64,000 nt of DNA, from NCBI GenBank assembly GCA_035718845.1, contig DASTGU010000053.1, positions 48,950-112,949 on the forward strand, given 5' to 3'. The notes beneath the pieces were generated by a model. That model did no database searches. It was not told the origin of the DNA and saw only the letters and a program-made list of their open reading frames with translations. Position 1 is the first letter of the stretch. Each line of letters opens with the position of its first letter. Positions 28,594 through 37,332 of this stretch are shown in pieces. A program made the position numbers and the translations under genes. This DNA is from Gemmatimonadaceae bacterium. GTDB lineage: Bacteria; Gemmatimonadota; Gemmatimonadetes; Gemmatimonadales; Gemmatimonadaceae.

Positions 28594-28662
28594 CGCGTTT
28601 TTCCGTCGTGTTTGAGGTATGCCTTCCAATTGGAGACGTAATCCCGCTCGTCTCATGCACAA

Positions 28663-29643
28663 TTACGTGAGAGGAAATGGCTCGATCTCGTGGATCCGGT
28701 CGAGGTTCATGCCGATGATCCCTTCGCTCTCGCTGCGCAAGAACATGTTAGCGAACTTCGCTCCCCACACGATCTCGTCAGCTTGATACGAAGAGCGTGA
28801 GTGCACCGTCGCAGAGATCGTCTCATCGGTCGCAATCAGCAATACCAACAACTCTGCTTCTGCAGCTAACAGATCCTGGTGCGTCAGCCCCCACATTGGA
28901 CTGTTAGCTTCGATCGGATGCACAACCGTCCAGCTCAGAGGAAAAAACACCACGCGCTGTCGTTCAAGCGCGAGCTCGTAGAACCTCCTTACCGTCGAAC
29001 CGTTTGGGGTCGGCTCGACCTTGGTCAGTATCGCCTGCACCTGAACATCGATCAGCTGACTGCTCCGCGCATTCGCAATGCGAAACTCCAACGCAGTGCG
29101 CCCACGATAAGGCGCAACCACAGCATTCCGGCTATAGATGATTCTCGCTGACGGGCGCGAGAACCGCGCGAATATCACACCCGTTACCAGCGCGATGCTG
29201 ACGATGCTCAGCAAAGCTTCAACCGAGACCAGCGCATTCGCCGGCACACCGACCGGGTAGATGTTCCCGTAACCGATAGTCGCAAACGTGTCGATACTGA
29301 AGAAAAACGCTCGATACAACGGTTGGTTTGCGAACTGGCCCGTCGATGTCTGCAGCGCATCCACGCCGCACAGCAGATATGCCCCGGCAAATACCGCGTT
29401 GACGCTTAAGTAGTACAGACAAATGAAGAGCAGAAACTCTGGCCATGAGATTCTGAGCAGCCATTGATACAGGCCAAGCGAGGTGAGCGGATTGAGCCCT
29501 TCGAGTGAGACATTGAAGCTGCCGTCGCGATTCAGCAGTCGACGCCTCGTACCACGTGCAACCTCAGTCCCGAAACCAAGGTCTCTGAATTCCTCCTTTG
29601 CTTGGTTCGGTGGAGACGGTTGCGGATCTAGTGTCGTCGACAT
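28663..29643 (-). CDS. Inward-rectifier potassium channel (KirBac family)
   Basis: RLLNRDGSFNV slide helix, FFFSIDTFATIGYG filter, FARFSRP, RIANAR and SWTVVHPI...SP. Confidence 0.9.
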   Translation of the reverse strand: MSTTLDPQPSPPNQAKEEFRDLGFGTEVARGTRRRLLNRDGSFNVSLEGLNPLTSLGLYQWLLRISWPEFLLFICLYYLSVNAVFAGAYLLCGVDALQTSTGQFANQPLYRAFFFSIDTFATIGYGNIYPVGVPANALVSVEALLSIVSIALVTGVIFARFSRPSARIIYSRNAVVAPYRGRTALEFRIANARSSQLIDVQVQAILTKVEPTPNGSTVRRFYELALERQRVVFFPLSWTVVHPIEANSPMWGLTHQDLLAAEAELLVLLIATDETISATVHSRSSYQADEIVWGAKFANMFLRSESEGIIGMNLDRIHEIEPFPLT

Positions 29644-29721
29644 GCGTGCGAAGTGCGAGACATCACGGCGGAAGTTGCAAACATAATGGCCACGATTTTT
29701 GGCTAAAGCTACATTCGTTCG

Positions 29722-30621
29722 ATGGAGTCCACGCAGAAATCGATAGGCCGCGCGGTTCTGCTTATCGTGATTTCAGCACTGAGTTTCGGATCGATCTCAG
29801 TGCTGACGGTTCTCGTGACGAGGGAGCGAGTGCCGCTCATCACGGCGATGGCATGGCGTTATTTCCTCGCCGGCATCATCCTCGGCGTTCTCGTTCGGCC
29901 CATTAGCGCTCGCACAATCCGCAGACGCCAGATCCTGCAGCTGGTGGTCATCGGTGGATGCGGTCAGGCGCTGATTACGTATCTGAGTCTGCGCGCCCTC
30001 GAGTTCATCTCCGTCGGACCGCTCGCCTTTCTTTTCTATACCTACCCGGCGTGGGTCGCATTACTGGCGGCTGTTCGTAGAACGGAACGACTGACTGCGT
30101 TACGGATTGCTGCGCTCACCATCGCTCTGATCGGAGTCACTATCATGGTCGGCGCGCCAAAGGAAAAACTGAATATCATCGGAGTAGCGCTAGCGTTCAG
30201 TTCTGCAATTCTGTACGCGTTGTATCTTCCGGCACTCGAGCAGGTACAGCGTGGCGCACCAGTCCTGCAAGCGACCTTCTATCTAATCGCTGGGTCGGCG
30301 ATTTCGTTTGTGATTGCCGCGCTGGTCAGAGGTGAGTTCCACGTCCCGGGCGCCGGGGTGGTGTGGGTGAACATACTTACGCTGGCGATCGTTTCGACTG
30401 TCGTGGCGTTTTCCGCGCTGATAAAAGGCGTGTCGATACTAGGACCCGTAAGGACGTCGATCATCGCCACGGTCGAACCGTTTTTCACCGCTATCCTCGG
30501 CGTCGTTGTCCTTGGCAATCAGTTCGCGGCGTCGACTCTCGTTGGCGGGGTGCTGATCGGCGCTGCGATTCTGATTATCGAGCTGAGCGCCGGCCGCGAA
30601 ACCCCTGAAGCTACCGCGTAG
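29722..30621 (+). CDS. DMT/EamA family transporter
   Basis: About 10 TM helices; LFYTYP, G...SIIATVEPFF. Confidence 0.9.
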   Translation: MESTQKSIGRAVLLIVISALSFGSISVLTVLVTRERVPLITAMAWRYFLAGIILGVLVRPISARTIRRRQILQLVVIGGCGQALITYLSLRALEFISVGPLAFLFYTYPAWVALLAAVRRTERLTALRIAALTIALIGVTIMVGAPKEKLNIIGVALAFSSAILYALYLPALEQVQRGAPVLQATFYLIAGSAISFVIAALVRGEFHVPGAGVVWVNILTLAIVSTVVAFSALIKGVSILGPVRTSIIATVEPFFTAILGVVVLGNQFAASTLVGGVLIGAAILIIELSAGRETPEATA

Positions 30622-32536
30622 CAGTTAGTCTTCTGCGGCGCTCGACCTCGATCACGAGGTTTTGCAGATCGCTGGGGCTGACGCCAGGAATCCTCGAAGC
30701 TTGAGCCAGGGACTGGGGCCGTACCTTTGCCAGCTTCTGACGCGCCTCGAAGGAGAGTGATCTCATCTCCTCGTATTCGAGACCGGCGTCGAGCACGAAA
30801 TCTCCCATGCGTCGCATGCGATCAGCCTGCGCGCGCTCCCGCTCGAAGTAGCCCGCATACTTGATCTCCAGATCGGCCGTGACGAGCGCATCGGAGCTGA
30901 GATCGGCGCCGACTCCGACAGCAGCAAACAAATCATGGAGAGCGGTGTCCTGACGTTTTGCCACTTCGACGATTCGCATCGAGTGAGAAAGAGGCGCGCT
31001 GCTGGCGCGGGAGAGAATCGGCGCGGCCTCAGCCGGCTGAATGCTCGTCGTTTCTGCCAATCGCAATGCTTCGTCTTCAGCGGCAAGGCGATGGGAGACC
31101 ACGTCACGCTCGACATCGCTAAAAATCCCAAGTCCGGCGCCGATCGGGCCCAGCCTGCGCAGCGCATTATCCTGCCGCACGGTCAGTCGAAATTCTGAGC
31201 GGGAAGTGAACAGCCGGTATGGCTCGTCGACCCCACGCGTGACGAGATCGTCGATCAGCACACCGATGTATGAAGTCTCCCTGCCGAGCACCAGTGATGG
31301 GCGGTCTTGAGCGCTGAGAGCGGCGTTCAGACCGGCGACGAGACCCTGACCAGCAGCCTCCTCATAACCGGTGGTGCCGTTGATTTGACCAGCGAAATAA
31401 AGTCCGGGGACAGCCTTTACCTGCAGTGAGGCATCGAGTTGCGTCGGCGGATAGTAGTCGTACTCGATTGCGTATCCAGCGCGGTTCATTCTGACGTCTG
31501 ATAGACCGCGCACAGAGCGCAGGATCTCGAGCTGTACCGCTGCGGGCAGCGATGTCGACAAGCCGTTCACATACAGCTCGCTGGTGTCGTGTCCCTCGGG
31601 CTCGAGGAAAAGCTGGTGCCGTTCCGCAGCCGGGAACTTCACGATCTTATCCTCAACCGATGGACAATACCGCGGGCCACGTGACGAAATTGCTCCGCCA
31701 TACATCGCCGACTTTGCGATGTTATCGGAGATGATTTTTTTGCCCGGCTCCTCGAGGAACGTGATCCAGCACGGCAGCTGCGCCGGGTGTCGCGTGGAAT
31801 CGTCGCGACGACGCGTCTCCGTCCAGAAGTGCGACCACGAGTAATCAAACTGCTCGATCTCGCTATTCTGAACCTCGAGCTGACTGAAATCGACGGAGCG
31901 TCCGTCAATTCGTGGAGGGGTACCCGTCTTGAAACGCTGGACGGTTAGACCGGCGCTCTCGAGCTGCTCGGCGAGGTGCGTCGTTGCCGACTCGCCTGCT
32001 CTGCCGCCTGAGATGTGGGTGTCCGTTCCGATGTGGATGCGCCCGCGCAAGAACGTTCCGGTCGTAATTACCACAGTCCGCGCACCGAATTTTCTTCCTT
32101 CGAGAGTCTCGACGCCTCCGAGTCGGCCGCGATCGAAAATCAGCCGTGCGACCGTACCCTGAATTGTCTGCAGATTATCTTGCTGCTCGAGGAGGGAGCG
32201 CACGGATCGCCGATAGAGGCCGCGGTCGCACTGAGCTCGTGGTGCCCAAACCGCCGGTCCCTTGCTGCGATTCAGCATCCTGAACTGGATCATAGCGAGG
32301 TCGGTCGCTTTAGCCATTATCCCACCCAGGGCATCGACTTCACGCACCACAGTTCCCTTCGCCACGCCACCGATCGCCGGGTTGCACGACATCTGGCCGA
32401 TTGTCTCGAGCGCGCTGGTTATAAGCCCCACCTTCGCGCCTAGCCTGGCGGCGGCGACGGCGGCTTCAGTGCCGGCATGACCGGCGCCGACGACAATTAC
32501 GTCGAACTCGCTCTCAAAGCGTGGAAGTACAGCCAT
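30611..32536 (-). CDS. mnmG: tRNA uridine 5-carboxymethylaminomethyl modification enzyme MnmG/GidA
   Basis: GAGHAGTEAA, MSCNPAIGG, KGPAV.APRAQ, RFKTGTPPR, GPRYCPSVEDK, GQINGTTGYEEA and EPYRLFTSRSE. Confidence 0.99.
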   Translation of the reverse strand: MAVLPRFESEFDVIVVGAGHAGTEAAVAAARLGAKVGLITSALETIGQMSCNPAIGGVAKGTVVREVDALGGIMAKATDLAMIQFRMLNRSKGPAVWAPRAQCDRGLYRRSVRSLLEQQDNLQTIQGTVARLIFDRGRLGGVETLEGRKFGARTVVITTGTFLRGRIHIGTDTHISGGRAGESATTHLAEQLESAGLTVQRFKTGTPPRIDGRSVDFSQLEVQNSEIEQFDYSWSHFWTETRRRDDSTRHPAQLPCWITFLEEPGKKIISDNIAKSAMYGGAISSRGPRYCPSVEDKIVKFPAAERHQLFLEPEGHDTSELYVNGLSTSLPAAVQLEILRSVRGLSDVRMNRAGYAIEYDYYPPTQLDASLQVKAVPGLYFAGQINGTTGYEEAAGQGLVAGLNAALSAQDRPSLVLGRETSYIGVLIDDLVTRGVDEPYRLFTSRSEFRLTVRQDNALRRLGPIGAGLGIFSDVERDVVSHRLAAEDEALRLAETTSIQPAEAAPILSRASSAPLSHSMRIVEVAKRQDTALHDLFAAVGVGADLSSDALVTADLEIKYAGYFERERAQADRMRRMGDFVLDAGLEYEEMRSLSFEARQKLAKVRPQSLAQASRIPGVSPSDLQNLVIEVERRRRLTATR

Positions 32537-32551
32537 AGATTAAAGATACCT

Positions 32552-32851
32552 ATGCCAATCGAGCTGGCGCACAACCAGGCAACGATTCTGATCCGTCGCA
32601 GCGCATTCGAGCGTGTGGGACTAACGCGACCGGCGATCGATGAGAGATACAATCTCACCGATGAAGAGTTTCACGTCGAAGAGGATCTGGTGACGATCGG
32701 TCCGCTACCGTCCGAGGACATCGTTCCTCAAATGATCGAAGATCTCGAGCGGGCCGGTCTGGCCTACTTCGATGATTTCTTCGACTTGAGCGGAAATTGG
32801 CCAGATTGGCTAACGATCTACGCTCGCGCGCGCGAATCAAAGCAGCGCTAG
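32552..32851 (+). CDS. Hypothetical acidic protein (99 aa)
   Basis: From ATG 32552 (MPIELAHNQ...). It fills the gap between mnmG and the convergent gene and has protein-like composition. The ORF-track start overlaps mnmG and was trimmed. Confidence 0.65.
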   Translation: MPIELAHNQATILIRRSAFERVGLTRPAIDERYNLTDEEFHVEEDLVTIGPLPSEDIVPQMIEDLERAGLAYFDDFFDLSGNWPDWLTIYARARESKQR

Positions 32852-33378
32852 ATGCGCTGCTCCACCACTGCCCACTCTTCGACCATCGCGACGCCATTCT
32901 CGATCCGGTCGATGACGACTTCGGATCCGACGGCTAAAGCGTTGGCACCGATCGCGCGGGCAGCAACCTTCATCTGCTTGCCGAAGGCTTCGTAGCTGAT
33001 TTCGCCGGATCTGTCTGACTGAATAGCGCGCGTGACGACGGCGAGCTGTCCCTGGATCTGGTGGTCATCGCTAACAGCAGCGGCATCGCGTAGAGCCCAG
33101 GTCGCGAGCAACGTCACGATGCCTGCGACTGCGAGCGAACCAGCGAGCACCGCAATTACGAGTATCGCCCAAGTGCCCAACCCGGTCTTTCGCGCAAGTA
33201 GATACCCGGCTACGCCGAATGCGAAGCCAAAGGCCGCGTACGAAGGCAGGTTAAAGAAGGGCGATGGCGCCCGATCGCGTTTCGGCCGCGTGTACTCGAC
33301 GCCGTGAAGCATCGCGATCACAGCCAGCACCAGACTGGCGATGAAGGCGACCAGGAAAATTATGGATAGCGGAGTCAA
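32848..33378 (-). CDS. NfeD-like membrane protein (TM helices plus C-terminal OB fold)
   Basis: Three hydrophobic segments, then GQLAVVTRAI...GEI...G......A.........G.EVVI.RIENGVA.V. Confidence 0.7.
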   Translation of the reverse strand: MTPLSIIFLVAFIASLVLAVIAMLHGVEYTRPKRDRAPSPFFNLPSYAAFGFAFGVAGYLLARKTGLGTWAILVIAVLAGSLAVAGIVTLLATWALRDAAAVSDDHQIQGQLAVVTRAIQSDRSGEISYEAFGKQMKVAARAIGANALAVGSEVVIDRIENGVAMVEEWAVVEQRI

Positions 33379-33411
33379 TCTCGACGGGACGTTGGACGGT
33401 TATTGATGCGG

Positions 33412-34305
33412 CTATGACTCGAGGTACTTCCTGAACCACGCGATCGTCGCCGGCCACGCAGCCTTGGTGGCGTTCATGTTCGCGCCATCCATTCCGGTTT
33501 GCTGTCTGAGAAAACCGTGACCGGCGCCGGGATAAGTGTTGTACACGTACGTGCGACCCAGCGCGTGAAGCGCTGAATCCGCGGCTGGTATCGTCGCATC
33601 CACGCGCGCATCGCTGCCCGCATAAAGGCCAAGTACCGGGGCGCGAACTGAGCTCAAGCTGGAAGTCGCTGGCGAGACACCGTAGTAAACCACGGACGCA
33701 CCAAGGTTGGGCGCGTGAACGGCGTGTGCAAATGAAACGCCGCCTCCCCAGCAGAACCCGACGATACCGTATTTCTGTTGTGCTGCCGGCAACGACATGC
33801 CGTACTGAGCAACCGCATCGAGCTGCTGCTGCACCCAGTTGGCGTCGAGCGTTCTGATTGCGGCAGTTGCGAGCGGTGCCAGTACGCTGTCTGGTCCCTC
33901 CGGCAGATTCTTCATCGTCAGCAAGTCAGGGGCGATCGCGATGAAGCCATCAGCCGCCAATTGGTCAGCGACGCTTCTCACCCAGGTGGATAGACCAAAG
34001 ATCTCGTGGACCACGAGCACTACGGGCGCTTTTGTGCTCCGCTCCGGATAGACGACCCATGCCCGAATGCTGTCGCCAGTGGGCGTGTGGATCATCGCCC
34101 ATTCACCGTGTCGCGGCGAAGCTGCCAATCTCGCTGGTGCTCCAGCGGCATCCGGTGGCAAGGCTGATGACTGTGGCGCCGCCGCCGCGACCGCCGCAGA
34201 ATGTTCATGGCTGTCGACGGTGGCTGGGACGACCTTGGTTGTCGTGCAAGCCGCGACGGCGACGCTGAAGCCGAATACAACGGTGGACGTGGTGTAGTTG
34301 CGCAT
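33412..34305 (-). CDS. Dienelactone hydrolase family lipoprotein
   Basis: Lipobox VAAC; HEIFGL, GFCWGG nucleophile elbow, DARV and YPGAGHGF; start set at ATG 34305 with GAGGAG SD. Confidence 0.9.
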   Translation of the reverse strand: MRNYTTSTVVFGFSVAVAACTTTKVVPATVDSHEHSAAVAAAAPQSSALPPDAAGAPARLAASPRHGEWAMIHTPTGDSIRAWVVYPERSTKAPVVLVVHEIFGLSTWVRSVADQLAADGFIAIAPDLLTMKNLPEGPDSVLAPLATAAIRTLDANWVQQQLDAVAQYGMSLPAAQQKYGIVGFCWGGGVSFAHAVHAPNLGASVVYYGVSPATSSLSSVRAPVLGLYAGSDARVDATIPAADSALHALGRTYVYNTYPGAGHGFLRQQTGMDGANMNATKAAWPATIAWFRKYLES

Positions 34306-34306
34306 A

Positions 34307-35329
34307 TCAGCGACTCCTCTGAACAGCAGCTGTCTGCTGGCGTGGCGGTTCGGCAAACGCACGTGCAAAGAATTCTCCTACACGATGCTCGGCATAATAA
34401 AACGGTCGCCACGGTCGTGAGCCAGCGATGAAACCCGCGTGTCCACCCTTGGCCGTGAACTCGAGACGGAGCGCAGGATTTTTCTTGGCAATCTCGCGCA
34501 CCTCGGTAAGGACCTCAGGTGGCAGCATCGGATCGTCGAGAGCACTCAAAAGTAGCGTGTTGAGCCTAATTCGATGCAGATACGGCAATGAGCTGGATTT
34601 CTGATAATAATCCTGGGCATCTGTGAAGCCGTGGAGCGGCCCGGTGATCAAATCGTCGAAATCCTCCAGCGTACGTAACCCACGAATTCGCTCGATCGGT
34701 GCCAGATCCGGATAACGTGTGGCTTTCTCCAGCGCCTTCCGACGTAGTGAATCCAGGAAGTAGTGCTGATACACACGCGAGAACCCACGATTGATTCTCG
34801 TCGAGGATCGCGACAGATCGAAGGGAACCGATACACCTGCAGCGGCCCTTAACTGGCCAGGCAGGTGATCGCCGCGCTCACCCAGAAACTTTAGCAGCAC
34901 GTTTCCGCCCAACGAGACGCCGGCGATGCCGAGTGGCGCCGCCGGGTAGTCCGCCGCAACCCTCTCGAGGGCAAACGCCAAGTCTCCAGTTTCACCGGAG
35001 TGGTAAAAGCGCTTCGCCCTGTTTGGCTCCGACCCGCAGGATCGGAAGATCAAAAGGTCCGCGCCCCACCCGCGCCTGACGGCCTCGTTCAACAGACCCT
35101 GTGCGTAATGAGAGCGAATGGTGCCTTCGAGACCGTGCAGGAGAAGCACACGAGGCGTCTCGGGGGCGCGATCTACGCGATGAACCTCGAGAAAGTCGCC
35201 GTCGGGAGTATCCCAACGCTCGACACGGGTCGGTGCGGGCGTCTGTCGCCGGAAGAACTTTCCCCACAATGTTTGCAGGTGGCCACCCGGAATCCACCAC
35301 GCGGGCGAATAGATTATGTCAGCGCTCAT
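34307..35329 (-). CDS. YheT-family alpha/beta hydrolase
   Basis: GGHLQT, LLHGLEG, FYHSGET.D, GVSLGGN, ALDDP and GGHAGF. Confidence 0.9.
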   Translation of the reverse strand: MSADIIYSPAWWIPGGHLQTLWGKFFRRQTPAPTRVERWDTPDGDFLEVHRVDRAPETPRVLLLHGLEGTIRSHYAQGLLNEAVRRGWGADLLIFRSCGSEPNRAKRFYHSGETGDLAFALERVAADYPAAPLGIAGVSLGGNVLLKFLGERGDHLPGQLRAAAGVSVPFDLSRSSTRINRGFSRVYQHYFLDSLRRKALEKATRYPDLAPIERIRGLRTLEDFDDLITGPLHGFTDAQDYYQKSSSLPYLHRIRLNTLLLSALDDPMLPPEVLTEVREIAKKNPALRLEFTAKGGHAGFIAGSRPWRPFYYAEHRVGEFFARAFAEPPRQQTAAVQRSR

Positions 35330-35377
35330 TCGAGAACTGCCCGGGTCCCGCCCGTTTTCCTGCCATCGCGATCACAA

Positions 35378-35728
35378 TTGGAAGTGCAGATATTCGGCAT
35401 CAAAAAAAGTGCTGACACGCGCAAGGCCCTGCGTTTCTTCTCCGAAAGAAGGATAAAAACGCATTTCGTGGATCTAATGGAACGACCGGCGTCGCTCGGT
35501 GAATTGCGCCGATTCGCCCAGAAGTTTGGGGTCGGTGCTCTGGTCGATCGCGATTCCAAACGCTTCAACGAGCTCGGGCTTCGTTATGCGCAACTTTCGG
35601 ACGAACGGTGGCTCGAGAGGCTGTCTGAAGAACCACTGCTGCTGCGACTGCCACTCGTGCGCAATGGAAACCAGGTGCTGATCGGAGCCGACGAAAAAAT
35701 CATGAAAACCTGGATGGAAAGCCGGTGA
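35378..35728 (+). CDS. ArsC/Spx/MgsR-family thioredoxin-like protein
   Basis: From TTG 35378: MEVQIFGIKKSADTRKALRFF...PLLLRLPLV...IG. The usual CxxC is replaced by SADT. Confidence 0.8.
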   Translation: MEVQIFGIKKSADTRKALRFFSERRIKTHFVDLMERPASLGELRRFAQKFGVGALVDRDSKRFNELGLRYAQLSDERWLERLSEEPLLLRLPLVRNGNQVLIGADEKIMKTWMESR

Positions 35729-37332
35729 CCTATCGCGTGCTGGTAACAGACGAGATCGACCCCGAAGGCGTAGCCCTGCTCTCGGCGGATCCGCGGATAA
35801 GTGTCGACGAAGTGCCAACGCTGCCGAAGGAAGAGCTGCTGAAGCGAATTCCTGACTATGACGCAATCGTCGGCCGCAGTGCGACACGGATTTCGTCCGA
35901 TCTTCTCGAGAGGGGGAGCAAACTCAAAGTCGTTGGCAGGGCGGGTGTTGGAGTCGATAACATAGCGCTGGATACCGCGACCTCACTCGGCGTCGCGGTA
36001 ATTAATGCGCCGGCGGGTAACACCATTGCCGTCGCGGAGCTGTTCTTCGGCGCAGTGATCTCGCTGCTGCGCCACATTCCGCGCGCTGACAGCTCGATGC
36101 ACGCCGGACGATGGGACCGTTCCGCCCTGCTCGGCTCGGAGCTCAAAGGTCGGACTCTTGGTATCGTGGGCCTCGGTCGCATTGGCGGTGAGGTTGCCAC
36201 CAGAGCGCGTGCATTCGGGATGAACGTGATCGCGTACGACCCATACATCGCTCAGAGCAGATTCGAAGCGCTCAGAGTCCAGGAGAAAACGTCACTCGAT
36301 GATCTGCTCGCTGAATCCAATGTGCTGACGCTGCACACACCGCTGAACGACGAGACGACGGGCATGATCGGGAAACGTGAGCTCGCTCGGTTGCCGCGCC
36401 AGGCCATCGTGGTAAACATGGCGCGCGGCGGCATCGTCGATGAGAAAGCGTTGCTCGATGCTCTCTCCAGTGACCATCTCCTTGGCGCCGTCATCGACGC
36501 GTACGAGAAGGAGCCACTCGCAGCCGATCACCCGCTGCGCAATCTTCCAAAAGTTCTTCTCACTCCACACATCGGTGCCTCCACGACGGAGGCGCAGCGC
36601 AATGTAGCTGTCGATGTATGTGTCGCGGTTCGCGATGCGTTGCTTAGCGGCGAATTGTCTCGTTCGATCAACGTGGCTGACGTCGGTGGACAGTGGTCGG
36701 AGATTCAACCGGCTCTGACTCTCGCGCGTCGTGCCGCGGCAGTTGGACGGGCGATACTGGCTACCCAGGGACTGCGCGTGGTGCAGAGGATCGATGTTCG
36801 CTCCGGTTCTGGATTGGCGACTGCCAAGAGTGCATTGCTCGCGTCAGCTGCGCGCGGGTTGCTGGAGGGCACAGTCGAACAGGAGCGGCTGAATCTGATC
36901 AACGCTCGCTCGCTCGCAGAGCATCGCGGAATCGACCTCTCGACGACAGAGACTGCGGTTCAGGACAATCCGTACGCCATCGAAGTCAGACTCAGTGGCG
37001 GGATGCAGGAAATCGCGGTCGCGGGCACCGCGCAGCCTGGATCTGCGGCCCGGTTGACTAGAATTGGGGCATTTCATGTGGATGTGCAGCCGCGTGACAC
37101 ACTCTTGATTCTCACCAACAACGACGTTCCAGGCGTGATTGGCCGAGTCGGTACACTACTCGGTGAAGCGGGCGTCAACATCGCCGAGTACCACCAGGCT
37201 CGACTCGCGCAGGGCGGTCAGGCGCTTGCTGCGGTCTCGGTTGACGGAGACATCAACGAATCAGTCCGTGAATCGCTACTGCGGTTACCCGACGTCTCGT
37301 CGGCGGCAGTGGTCTGCTTCAATCCAGGGTGA
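35725..37332 (+). CDS. serA: D-3-phosphoglycerate dehydrogenase (type I, with ASB and ACT domains)
   Basis: RAGVGVDNI, NAPAGNTIAVAE, GLGRIG, N.ARGGIVDE, TPHIGAST; C-terminal NNDVPGVIG..GT.LG...VNI ACT domain. Confidence 0.95.
   Translation: MTYRVLVTDEIDPEGVALLSADPRISVDEVPTLPKEELLKRIPDYDAIVGRSATRISSDLLERGSKLKVVGRAGVGVDNIALDTATSLGVAVINAPAGNTIAVAELFFGAVISLLRHIPRADSSMHAGRWDRSALLGSELKGRTLGIVGLGRIGGEVATRARAFGMNVIAYDPYIAQSRFEALRVQEKTSLDDLLAESNVLTLHTPLNDETTGMIGKRELARLPRQAIVVNMARGGIVDEKALLDALSSDHLLGAVIDAYEKEPLAADHPLRNLPKVLLTPHIGASTTEAQRNVAVDVCVAVRDALLSGELSRSINVADVGGQWSEIQPALTLARRAAAVGRAILATQGLRVVQRIDVRSGSGLATAKSALLASAARGLLEGTVEQERLNLINARSLAEHRGIDLSTTETAVQDNPYAIEVRLSGGMQEIAVAGTAQPGSAARLTRIGAFHVDVQPRDTLLILTNNDVPGVIGRVGTLLGEAGVNIAEYHQARLAQGGQALAAVSVDGDINESVRESLLRLPDVSSAAVVCFNPG

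Noticed and set aside
32848-33378. NfeD-flotillin (SPFH) membrane microdomain operon
   Set aside because: No SPFH partner is adjacent in the window; only the NfeD-like gene is supported
35000-35377. N-terminal extensions in the ORF track (35000, 38342, 49020, 61833, 32477, 43261, 46868 starts)
   Set aside because: They overlap neighbouring real genes; homology begins at the later starts reported above
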